Assembly: GCA_964016885.1 (NCBI GenBank)
Contig: OZ024745.1
Span: 372,001-436,000 of the forward strand
Source of the DNA: Eledone cirrhosa
Lineage: Eukaryota
DNA: 64,000 nt
Direction: 5' to 3'
Under the pieces are notes generated by a model. The model was not told where the DNA came from and did not search any database. It was given only the letters and a program-made list of their open reading frames with translations. Below, in pieces: positions 34,594-46,460 of the stretch. Position 1 is the stretch's first letter. Every line of letters begins with the position of its first letter. The position numbers were made by a program, and so were the translations under genes.

Positions 34594-37500
34594 TAAACTA
34601 TGACAGACTAGAGAGGTGTAAACTAAGACAGACTAGAGAGGTGTAGACTATGACAGACTAGAGAGGTGTAGACTATGACAGACTAGAGAGGTGTAGACTA
34701 TGACAGACTAGAGAGGTGTAGACTAAGACAGACTAGAGAGGTATAGACTATGACAGACTAGAGAGGTATAGACTATGACAGACTAGAGAGGTGTAGACTA
34801 TGACAGACTAGAGAGGTGTAGACTATGACAGACTAGAGAGGTGTAAACTAAGACAGACTAGAGAGGTGTAAACTAAGACAGACTAGAGAGGTGTAGACTA
34901 TGACAGACTAGAGAGGTGTAGACTATGACAGACTAGAGAGGTGTAAACTAAGACAGACTAGAGAGGTGTAGACTATGACAGACTAGAGAGGTGTAGACTA
35001 TGACAGACTAGAGAGGTGTAGACTAAGACAGACTAGAGAGGTGTAGACTATGACAGACTAGAGAGGTGTAGACTATGACAGACTAGAGAGGTGTAGACTA
35101 TGACAGACTAGAGAGGTGTAGACTATGACAGACTAGAGAGGTATAAACTAAGACAGACTAGAGAGGTGTAAACTATGACAGACTAGAGAGGTGTAGACTA
35201 TGACAGACTAGAGAGGTATAAACTAAGACAGACTAGAGAGGTGTAGACTATGACAGACTAGAGAGGTGTAGACTATGACAGACTAGAGAGGTGTAGACTA
35301 AGACAGACTAGAGATGTGTAGACCAAGACAGACTAGAGAGGTGTAGACTAAGACAGACTAGAGAGATATAGACTAAGACAGACTAGAGAGGTGTAGACTA
35401 TGACAGACTAGAGAGGTGTAGACTATGACAGATTAGAGATGTGTAGACTATGACAGACTAGAAAGGTGTAGACTAAGACAGACTAGAGAGGTGTAGACCA
35501 AGACAGACTAGAGAGGTGTAGACTAAGACAGACTAGAGAGATATAGACTAAGACAGACTGGAGAGGTGTAGACTAAGACAGACTAGAGAGGTATAAACTA
35601 AGACAGACTAGAGAGATATAGACTAAGACAGACTAGAGAGGTGTAGACTATGACAGACTAGAGAGGTGTAGACTATGACAGACTAGAGAGGTGTAGACTA
35701 TGACAGACGAGAGAGGTGTAGACTATGACAGACTAGAGAGGTGTAGACTAAGACAGACTAGAGAGGTGTAGACTAAGTCAGACTAGAGAGGTGTAGACTA
35801 AGACAGACTAGAGAGGTGTAGACTAAGACAGACTAGAGAGGTGTAGACTAAGACAGACTAGAGAGGTATAGACTAAGACAGACTAGAGAGGTGTAGACTA
35901 AGACAGACTAGAGAGGTGTAGACTAAGACTAAGACAGACTAGAGAGGTGTAGACTAAGACAGACTAGAGAGGTGTAGACTAAGACAGACTAGAGAGGTGT
36001 AGACTATGACAGACTAGAGAGGTGTAGACTATGACAGACTAGAGCAGTATAAAGTAAGACAGACTAGAGAGGTGTAGACTATGACAGACTAGAGAGGTGT
36101 AGACTAAGACAGACTAGAGAGGTGTAGATTAAGACAGACTAGAGAGGTGTAGACTAAGACAGATTAGAGAGGTGTAGACTATGACAGACTAGAGAGGTGT
36201 AGACTATGACAGACTAGAGAGGTGTAGACCAAGACAGACTAGAGAGGTGTAGACTAAGACAGATTAGAGAGGTGTAGACTAAGACAGACTAGAGAGGTGT
36301 AGACCAAGACAGACTAGAGAGGTGTAGACCAAGACAGACTAGAGATGTGTAGACTATGACAGACTAGAGAGGTGTAGACTAAGACAGACTAGAGAGGTGT
36401 AGACCAAGACAGACTAGAGAGGTGTAGACCAAGACAGACTAGAGAGGTGTAGACTAAGACAGATTAGAGAGGTGTAGACTAAGACAGACTAGAGAGGTGT
36501 AGACCAAGACAGACTAGAGAGGTGTAGACCAAGACAGACTAGAGAGGTGTAGACTAAGACAGACTAGAGAGGTGTAGACTATGACAGACTAGAGAGGTGT
36601 AGACTAAGACAGACTAGAGAGGTGTAGACTAAGACAGACTAGAGAGGTGTAGACTATGACAGACTAGAGAGGTGTAGACTATGACAAACTAGAGAGGTGT
36701 AGACTATGACAGACTAGAGAGGTGTAGACTAAGACAGACTAGAGAGGTGTAGACTAAGACAGACTAGAGAGGTGTAGACTATGACAGACTAGAGAGGTGT
36801 AGACTAAGACAGACTAGAGATGTGTAGACTATGACAGACTAGAGAGGTGTAGACTAAGACAGACTAGAGAGGTGTAGACTATGACAGACTAGAGAGGTGT
36901 AGACTATGACAGACTAGAGAGGTGTAGACTAAGACAGACTAGAGAGGTGTAGACTATGACAGACTAGAGAGGTGTAGACTATGACAGACTAGAGAGGTGT
37001 AGACTATGACAGACTAGAGAGGTGTAGACTATGACAGACTAGAGAGGTGTAGACTATGACAGACTAGAGAGGTGTAGACTAAGACAGACTAGAGAGGTGT
37101 AGACTAAGACAGACTAGAGAGGTGTAGACTAAGACAGACTAGAGAGGTGTAGACTATGACAGACTAGAGAGGTGTAGACTATGACAGACTAGAGAGGTGT
37201 AGACTATGACAGACTAGAGAGGTATAGACTAAGACAGACTAGAGAGGTGTAGACCAAGACAGACTAGAGAGGTGTAGACTATGACAGACTAGAGAGGTGT
37301 AGACTATGATAGACTAGAGAGGTGTAGACTATGACAGACTAGAGAGGTGTAAACTAAGACAGACTAGAGAGGTGTAGACTAAGACAGACTAGAGAGGTAT
37401 AGACTATGACAGACTAGAGAGGTGTAGACTATGACAAACTAGAGAGGTGTAGACTATGACAGACTAGAGAGGTGTAGACTAAGACAGACTAGAGAGGTGT

Positions 37501-40124
37501 AGACCAAGACAGACTAGAGAGGTGTAGACCAAGACAGACTAGAGAGGTGTAGACTAAGACAGATTAGAGAGGTGTAGACTATGACAGACTAGAGAGGTGT
37601 AAACTAAGACAGGCTAGAGAGGTGTAGACTATGACAGACTAGAGAGGTGTAGACTATGACAGACTAGAGAGGTGTAAACTAAGACAGGCTAGAGAGGTGT
37701 AGACTAAGACAGACTAGAGAGGTGTAGACTATGACAGACTAGAGAGGTGTAAACTAAGACAGGCTAGAGAGGTGTAGACTAAGACAGACTAGAGAGGTGT
37801 AGACCAAGACAGACTAGAGAGGTGTAGACTAAGACAGATTAGAGAGGTGTAGACTATGACAGATTAGAGAGGTGTAGACTATGACAGACTAGAGAGGTGT
37901 AGACTAAGACAGGCTAGAGAGGTGTAGACTAAGACAGATTAGAGAGGTGTAGACTATGACAGACTAGAGAGGTGTAGACTATGACAGACTAGAGAGGTGT
38001 AGACTAAGACAGATTAGAGAGGTGTAGACTATGACAGACTAGAGAGGTGTAGACTAAGACAGATTAGAGAGGTGTAGACTATGACAGACTAGAGAGGTGT
38101 AGACTATGACAGACTAGAGAGGTGTAGACTAAGACAGACTAGAGAGGTGTAAACTAAGACAGGCTAGAGAGGTGTAGACTAAGACAGGCTAGAGAGGTGT
38201 AGACTAAGACAGGCTAGAGAGGTGTAGACTAAGACAGACTAGAGAGGTGTAAACTAAGACAGACTAGAGAGGTGTAGACTAAGACAGGCTAGAGAGGTGT
38301 AAACTATGACAGACTAGAGAGGTGTAGACTATGACAGACTAGAGAGGTGTAGACTAAGACAGGCTAGAGAGGTGTAAACTATGACAGACTAGAGAGGTGT
38401 AGACTATGACAGACTAGAGAGGTGTAGACTATGACAGACTAGAGAGGTGTAGACTAAGACAGGCTAGAGAGGTGTAGACTAAGACAGACTAGAGAGGTGT
38501 AGACTAAGACAGGCTAGAGAGGTGTAGACTATGACAGATTAGAGAGGTGTAGACTAAGACAGGCTAGAGAGGTGTAGACTATGACAGATTAGAGAGGTGT
38601 AGACTAAGACAGATTAGAGAGGTGTAGACTAAGACAGGCTAGAGAGGTGTAGACTATGACAGACTAGAGAGGTGTAGACTATGACAGACTAGAGAGGTGT
38701 AGACTATGACAGACTAGAGAGGTGTAGACTAAGACAGATTAGAGAGGTGTAGGCTATGACAGACTAGAGAGGTGTAGACTAAGACAGATTAGAGAGGTGT
38801 AGACTAAGACAGATTAGAGAGGTGTAGACTAAGACAGGCTAGAGAGGTGTAGACTATGACAGACTAGAGAGGTGTAGACTATGACAGACTAGAGAGGTGT
38901 AGACTATGACAGACTAGAGAGGTGTAGACTAAGACAGATTAGAGAGGTGTAGACTAAGACAGATTAGAGAGGTGTAGACTAAGACAGACTAGAGAGGTGT
39001 AGACTATGACAGACTAGAGAGGTGTAGACTATGACAGACTAGAGAGGTGTAGACTATGACAGACTAGAGAGGTGTAGACTAAGACAGATTAGAGAGGTGT
39101 AGACTAAGACAGATTAGAGAGGTGTAGACTAAGACAGATTAGAGAGGTGTAGACTAAGACAGATTAGAGAGGTGTAGACTAAGACAGACTAGAGAGGTGT
39201 AGACTAAGACAGGCTAGAGAGGTGTAAACTAAGACAGGCTAGAGAGGTGTAAACTAAGACAGACTAGAGAGGTGTAGACTAAGACAGATTAGAGAGGTGT
39301 AGACTATGACAGACTAGAGAGGTGTAGACTATGACAGACTAGAGAGGTGTAGACTATGACAGACTAGAGAGGTGTAGACTAAGACAGACTAGAGAGGTGT
39401 AGACTAAGACAGACTAGAGAGGTGTAGACTAAGACAGATTAGAGAGGTGTAGACTATGACAGACTAGAGAGGTGTAGACTATGACAGACTAGAGAGGTGT
39501 AGACTATGACAGACTAGAGAGGTGTAGACTAAGACAGACTAGAGAGGTGTAGACTAAGACAGACTAGAGAGGTGTAGACTAAGACAGATTAGAGAGGTGT
39601 AGACTAAGACAGATTAGAGAGGTGTAGACTAAGACAGATTAGAGAGGTGTAGACTAAGACAGATTAGAGAGGTGTAGACTATGACAGACTAGAGAGGTGT
39701 AGACTATGACAGACTAGAGAGGTGTAGACTATGACAGACTAGAGAGGTGTAGACTAAGACAGACTAGAGAGGTGTAGACTAAGACAGACTAGAGAGGTGT
39801 AGACTAAGACAGATTAGAGAGGTGTAGACTAAGACAGACTAGAGAGGTGTAGACTAAGACAGGCTAGAGAGGTGTAGACTAAGACAGACTAGAGAGGTGT
39901 AGACTAAGACAGACTAGAGAGGTGTAGACTAAGACAGACTAGAGAGGTGTAGACTAAGACAGACTAGAGAGGTGTAGACTAAGACAGACTAGAGAGGTGT
40001 AGACTAAGACAGGCTAGAGAGGTGTAGACTATGACAGACTAGAGAGGTGTAGACTAAGACAGACTAGAGAGGTGTAAACTAAGACAGGCTAGAGAGGTGT
40101 AGACTAAGACAGACTAGAGAGGTA
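34594..40124. repeat. 25-bp satellite, about 220 copies
   Basis: Unit GACTAWGACAGACTAGAGAGGTGTA with T/A dimorphism and regional GATTA/GGCTA variants. Confidence 0.98.
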
Positions 40125-40272
40125 TCTAATACAATTAAGAAACAAAAACAAAAGAGAAGGCAAAGATGAGGTTAAAGAAGTATGAATAAACAAAAATAAA
40201 TGAAAAGTAAGGAAAACTATAAAGCAGATAAAAGTTTATTTTCATAGCCTCCTCCATGTCTTGAAAGATGTT

Positions 40273-40372
40273 GTTTATGGTTGGTAGATCCTGGACAATA
40301 TATGTGTTTATGGTTGGTAGATCCTGGACAATATATGTGTTTATGGTTGGTAGATCCTGGACAATATATGTG
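40273..40372. repeat. 33-bp tandem triplication
   Basis: TGTTTATGGTTGGTAGATCCTGGACAATATATG occurs three times. Confidence 0.9.
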
Positions 40373-40379
40373 TCTATAC

Positions 40380-40860
40380 AATAAGCTGGGAGAGGTTAAG
40401 AGAATTACTACCTCTGTTGATAGTAAAAGGTTTCTCTTTACAAATGAAAGGGTGGTTGTATGATACCTACATGTGAAGTGCAGTGTTGCATGGAAGGGAA
40501 ATATAGGTAGTGAATACAGAGGACATGCAAAGGCTGAGAGAAATGAAGCGAGTATGCTTCAGTGGATGATGATGTTAATATGCATGAGCAACAAAGCATG
40601 GATGGGCTGAGAGAAAAGCTGTACATAAGAGGAACCAAATGTAGTGTTCAAAAGAGAAGACTATGCTGGTGTGAACATGTGATAGAAGTTCCGAATGGAA
40701 GGAAGCTGCAGTAGAGAAAGGCCAAGACTAGGGTAGAAGCAGTGAGAGCAGATCTCAAAATACCCGGCAAGGGAGACGACAAAGGAATGTAGTAAATGGA
40801 GGCAAACTGTGCTGGAAGACCTGTCCAACCCATGCAAGCATGGAAAAGCGGATGTAAAAG
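40380..40860 (+). mobile_element. Old decayed RTE 3' fragment related to the intact element
   Basis: WERLRELLPLLIVKGFSLQMKGWLYD aligns with WKKFRELIPLLAARGFSLKMKGRLYD. It ends in the CCAACCCATGCAAGCATGGAA tail motif. Confidence 0.8.
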
Positions 40861-41304
40861 GACAAGGAGGAGGAAGGGGAGCAGGATGGATGGCGGGGAT
40901 ATGAAGGGGAGAAGGAAAGGGTGGGTGATAGGGGGAGGAGAGTGAGGGGTGATGATGGGATGAGGGGTGATAGGATGAGGGGTGATAGGAGGAGGGGCAG
41001 AGGAGAAGGAGGGGTAAGGATGACGTCTTCCTCGGCTATGAGAGACAATCCAAAAGAAGATTTTGTGAAGGTTTCAAAGTTCCAATGTAAAAATTTCTAT
41101 TCTAAAAAAATTCCTTGGTATTTCCTGACGGTGGGGTTTCCCTCTTAAAATAAAACAATGCACTGAATGACACACTCCAAGAATACAATATGGTACTTGA
41201 CATTTCTTTAAAGGTTCATGAGATGTCAGTTGGTAACCATGTTGTTCATAATGTCTAATTCTTGAAAATCTTCATTATCAGCTCAACTGTACTAAACCTT
41301 AATA

Positions 41305-41515
41305 ATGGTTTCTGATTTAGGTACAAGGTCAGCACTATCAGGGGAGGGAAAAGTCGATTAAATGGATTCCAGTGTGTTATGGTACTTTATTTTATTAATT
41401 CCATAAGGATGAAAGACGAACCTTGGTGAGATGTGAACTCAGAACATAAAGGGCTGCAATTATATGTTGCAAAGCAAGTTGTCCGACGTTCTATCAATAC
41501 TGCCAATCCACCGGC
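41305..41515 (-). mobile_element. SINE family A
   Basis: GGTACAAGGTC...GGTACTTTATTTT...AAGGATGAAAG...GAACTCAGAAC. Confidence 0.7.
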
Positions 41516-41534
41516 CTAACCCTAACCCTTAATA

Positions 41535-41890
41535 GTGGTATCTCACAGAGTCCCAGCAAAGTTGACCATGATATGTTTAAATCTAAAAACATTTCTAAAT
41601 TTTTAGTAAAACAAAAAACTATTTCTTGTGGGAGAGCTATAAATATTGTCATATTTACTTTACATATATTTTGTGGTGTCAAAATGTTTGTTACCTGTCT
41701 GTAACCTGCTCACTGAAATATCCCATTTCTTATTAATGGTATCTTAAAGAGGCTCAGCAAAACTGAGAGTGATATGTTTAAATCTAAAAACATTTCTAAA
41801 ATTTTGGTTAAAAAGAAAACTTTCTTGTGGAAGAACCACAAAAAATATGTTCATTTTACATGCATTTTGTGGTGTCAAACGTTTTATTGC
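41535..41890. repeat. Diverged ~200-bp tandem duplication
   Basis: GATATGTTTAAATCTAAAAACATTTCTAAA at 41570 and 41771; TTTTGTGGTGTCAAA in both copies. Confidence 0.8.
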
Positions 41891-41919
41891 CTATTCAATA
41901 ACTAGTCTTCTTCTTTGCC

Positions 41920-42080
41920 CACTTATGCCTGGGAGGGTCATGGGAGCAGAATCCTCAAGTACACCTTCCTGCAGGTCCTATAAGAAGCAACCATCTCCAA
42001 CTGATCCAGCTGAATCCACAACTGAGAACAGCCAATCTCATAGATGTTATCCAACCATCTTGTTTGGAGTCTACGGCTGG
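41920..42080 (-). mobile_element. Expander-like RTE 3' fragment
   Basis: Reverse complement homologous to 10010-10180 (AGATGGTTGGATAACATCTATGA...AGATGGTTGCTTC). Confidence 0.6.
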
Positions 42081-42399
42081 CTGGTTTTACCCATAAAATC
42101 TGTCCAATAGTGATTGATAAAATAAATACCCAAGTGAAATAAGTACTGGGGTTGATATGATTGACTAAAACATTTAAAGATGGCTTTAGGCAAGACCCAA
42201 ATCCAATGAAAGGAGCCTCACACTCAAAAAAGAAGTTCTACCATAGCAGAATATACTTAAAATAACAGGAAGTAAATACAGACAGATAAGCGTCAGTTGA
42301 AGCTCACATTCATCAAAACATTGATTAAATATCTAAAAAGTATTTTAAAAAACTGCAGAAATGATATGATTATCATCCATATCACCACCATTATCTTTA

Positions 42400-42745
42400 T
42401 CTTCACCACCACCACCACCTTACTGAACTTAACTATCTTCACCACCACCACCTTTCAGAACCTATCTTCACCACCACCACCACCTTTCAGAACCTATCTT
42501 CACCACCACCACCACCTTACTGAACTTAACTATCTTCACCACCACCACCACCACCACCTTACTGAACTTAACTATCTTCACCACCACCACCACCTTACTG
42601 AGCCTATCTTCACCACCACCACCTTACTGAACCTATCTTCACCACCACCACCACCATCACCACCTTACAGAACCTATCTTCACCACCACCTTACTGAACT
42701 TAACTATCTTCACCACCACCACCTTAGTGAACTTAACTATTCTCT
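42400..42745. repeat. Compound minisatellite CTT(CAC)nCTTACTGAAC(TTAA)CTAT
   Basis: About 11 variable-length units. Confidence 0.85.
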
Positions 42746-43344
42746 TCCTCACTATTCCCACCACCATCTAACAACCATCTCCGCCACCACCATCCAACCC
42801 TCCACCACCACCAACCATCTCCACTACCATCCACCCCACCACCACCATGCTTATTCTATCATTATTGCTATTAACATTCTCACCATAACCATCACTAACA
42901 ATACCACCTACCAAAACATGAAAGCTGAGGCCTTTTTATTAACAAAATAAAGCTTTATAAATTTTTTCTAATTCCTAAATTAAAATAAATCTCGTAGAAG
43001 AATCTAATTGTTGTAATTAGATAATGTTTAAGATTTCCAACACTGAAGACTTGCTCCTCGCTCTACATATCTTTCAGTGTATATATATTCATAAAAACAT
43101 GCATTTCTTTAGTTATTAGTGTGAGAGTATGTGTGAAATATGTGTAGAAATGTGTGTATATATGTATGTATGTGTGTGTGTGTGGAAAAATGGACATTAA
43201 ATGGTGATGATGATGATATATATATTATTTATGTTCATACACAGAACAAAAGTGCTACCCAAGGTTTCAAGGCCGAAATTTGACCATACCTCCAAAATAC
43301 AAGAAGCATCAAATTACTGACAATTTATTTATACACACACACAT

Positions 43345-43381
<37 letters not shown>

Positions 43382-43538
43382 GACACATGCAGATGTGTTA
43401 TATGTATATGTGTGATGAAAATAAGAGAAAGAGAGAGTAATTGAGGGAGAAAGAGAAAATATAAAACCCCAAAACTGAAATTGGAAGATAACAGTAAAAT
43501 CAACCTAAGCAGAGAAAGACAGAGAAATCTTTCTTTAC

Positions 43539-43573
43539 CAAAACAACTCCTCCTCCTTCAGAGAATTCTTTAA
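43539..43573 (-). CDS. 35-bp coding exon ((F)KEFSEGGGVVL)
   Basis: Acceptor TTCTGTTCATCACAG and donor TTG/GTAAAG. The phase 1 start joins exon 44086-44244 in frame. Confidence 0.6.
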
Positions 43574-43667
43574 CTGTGATGAACAGAAATTTGAAATTAC
43601 AACAAATAAAGCAGAAAGGAAAGTTGGTAAAAGAACGATTATGATTTCATGGTCCTTAAAGCTTCCT

Positions 43668-43897
43668 TTATTCTACCTATTACTTCTCATTCTATTCTAC
43701 CTATAGCTATTATCTACTACCTTAACCTATTCTGCCTATTACTTCTCATTCTATTCTACCTATAGCTATTATCTACTACCTTAACCTATTCTGCCTATTA
43801 CTTCTCATTCTATTCTACCTATAGCTATTATCTACTACCTTAACCTATTCTGCCTATTACTTCTCATTCTATTCTACCTATAGCTATTATCAACTAC
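43668..43897. repeat. 59-bp tandem repeat in the putative short intron, about 3.8 copies
   Basis: ACTTCTCATT at 43682, 43741 and 43800. Confidence 0.92.
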
Positions 43898-44085
43898 CAT
43901 AACAGATATATAAAGAAAGTCTATTGTGAACAGAATTAAACCAATCGGTAAAATAGCTGATTCCAGAAGCATGTCTTTAGCAAGATTCTTTGTGATCTTA
44001 TCTTCTTCAGATTTAATACACACTTGTTATATTCACAGCAGTCCATTGTCCATAGTGTAGACTTGGCTTTCATTTAAATACTCAC

Positions 44086-44244
44086 AAGCTTTCTTATGTT
44101 TGCCAAATTCTTCTTGTTGATAAGTCTTCAAAAGGGAAGATATTTTTGAAAATATTTTAGCAACCCAGCACATTCTTTTAATTTGTATCAGAATGTCCAA
44201 TGTCTGCTTCTTGTCCATGAAAACAGCATGAGGCACCAATTTCA
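44086..44244 (-). CDS. 159-bp coding exon (KLVPHAVFMDKKQTLDILIQIKRMCWVAKIFSKISSLLKTYQQEEFGKHKKA)
   Basis: Acceptor CTTTCAG and donor TT/GTGAGT; single open frame, phase 1-1; helical protein-like composition. Confidence 0.65.
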
Positions 44245-44589
44245 CTGAAAGCCATTGTTGTAAGTTATTATATTTGAAGTCAGCATAAATAGTTTATCAA
44301 AATATTTCACTAAAATTGTGACCAATACCAGAGAATACAAGACTTCAGTTACATCAAGTCTAGTTAGATACTAGCAAGGACTAATATTGTTATTATACTA
44401 GGACTGCACGACAACTTAAACACAAGCTACTATTTTAGGAACAAACTCACAGGAGACACAGTAGAGGAAGACCTGCTTAAACCTTCATTGATCTACTCTC
44501 AGACGATACAAGCATAAGGAGCTGTTGGAGTATGTTATATTTCTGTCACTCTACATTCTGTTCTTATATGTCAGCATGTTGTAGCAGTG

Positions 44590-44740
44590 TTAGTCAATCT
44601 AGGCTTCTGCACAGTTTATATCTACCAATTTTACTAACAAAGTATTGGTCAGTCTGGCACTCTAGTTGAAGACACTTCCCTAAGATGCCCCCAAGTGGTC
44701 ACACCCAAATCCACGTGGTTATGAAGCAAACTTCAAAACC
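44590..44740 (-). mobile_element. Degenerate SINE of a third family
   Basis: GAAGACACTTCCCTAAGATGCC...CCACGTGGTT...AAGCAAACTTC resembles an antisense tRNA head plus a CORE-like block. Confidence 0.45.
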
Positions 44741-45279
44741 CTGTGTCCCCTATTTTTTTGTTTGTTTTGTTTTTAGAATAACTAGACCATATTTTAACAT
44801 GCCATAAAAGGCAACTGAATAGGTTTCTGTGAGAAAGAGGATCCAGTTGTAAAATCTAACTCACCAAAATATCTAACCCATGCCAACATAGAGAGACAGA
44901 TGTAAAAACAACAAAAATGTTTTAAATTTATATTAAAACAAAGTTTGTTTTAAAACATACCTATATATAAGAGACTATTTACTATAAATGATGATGATGA
45001 TTTAAAAACACAACAACAACAAATGAAAACTATTACTCTTCAAAAACTATATAGTTATTGTCCAAACAATTAAAATGCAGAAATATTTCCATATTAAACT
45101 TTTATGACACCACTCCTTGCTTCTCATCATAGAGTGTTGACATAAGCAGCACAAATCCCACATAAATATTAACATATCTTTATTATTAAGATATATGTAT
45201 TTCTAGTTTATTTTATAAATTATATTTTATATACCCACAGACATTATGTGTGTCAGTGTATGCTTGCTTGCTCTTCTAA

Positions 45280-46035
45280 ATGTGGCAGAATCAGTAGAGC
45301 ATCAGATAAAATACTTTGCAGTATATAGTTACAAATTTCTAAATACTGAGTTCAAATCTCACCGAGATCAACTTTGCTTTTCATCCTTCTGGGGTCATGA
45401 AAATGATTGTGTACAGTTAAGTACTGGGTGTGATATAGACTCCCCACCCCCTCTCCCAAATTGCTGGCCTTGTGCCTATGTTAGAAACAAATATCTTTCC
45501 TTTCGTAGTTTTGGTATCATTGGTGGATTGGCAGTATCGGTAGAGGGTCAGACACCATGCTTTGATGCATAGAGTTATGGCCCTTGCCATTCTGAGTTCA
45601 AATCCCGCCGAGGTTAACTTTGCCTTTCATCCTTATGAGATCGATAAAATAAAGTACCAGTAATGCACTGGGTAATTGCTGGTCTTGTGCCTAAAGTAGA
45701 AACAATTATTATTATTATACTATGGAATGGGTTAATAAAGTCGTTAGAGCAACAGACAAATGCTTAGCAGTATTTCTTCAGGTTTTTTTATATTCAAATC
45801 CCATCAAGGTTAACCTTGCTTTATCCCTTCCAGTGTTGATAAAATAAAGTACCAGTCAAGTACTGGGGTTGGTATAATCAATTTTCCCTTCTCCCAAAAT
45901 TGCGGGCCTTGTGCCAGAATTAGAAACCATTTCATCCTACCAGGATCAATGAAAAAGAAAATTAGAGGTTATTATAACTGACTTTTTCCTTTCCTCCAAA
46001 TTGCTGGCCTTGTACCAATGTTAGAAAGAATTATT
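45280..46035 (+). mobile_element. Four head-to-tail SINE family A copies
   Basis: Four successive TTTCATCC-like...GGCCTTGTGCC...TAGAAAC units ending near 45490, 45710, 45930 and 46030. Confidence 0.8.
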
Positions 46036-46460
46036 GTAAAATTATTCTTATTAAAATGCCTCAAATAGGTGAATATGGAAATATAAAGAAGCTAGCCACT
46101 AAACTAGAAACCCATTTGTTTAGCTTAAGAGAGAAAAATTCTTGATACAAGCTTTTAAGCAATGCTGAAGTAGCAGCTATGAGCATTAAATGCAAGACCA
46201 GGCTTCAGAGAGTTTGGCAAGGCCTCAAATTTGATATTAATCATCAGTGTCAAACTAAATTGAGTTTGACAATATAAATAGAAGATGGTCAAGGCTAGCA
46301 TATTACTTCTGAAATGAAAACAAAATTCTATCCTGGTTTTTGTATATCCATTTCTTTATTCCATTTCGAAGCAGACATGGTAGAGTGCTAGACGAAATGT
46401 CTTGCAAATATGTGAGAAAATATACAAAATATTCCCGCATTTATTAGTGTTGCCACTGTT

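Noticed and set aside
13560-40124. Tandem arrays as CRISPR arrays
   Set aside because: There are no unique spacers between repeats, no cas genes, and the context is eukaryotic. The variable part of the 19.7-27.3 kb array is only (TA)n length.
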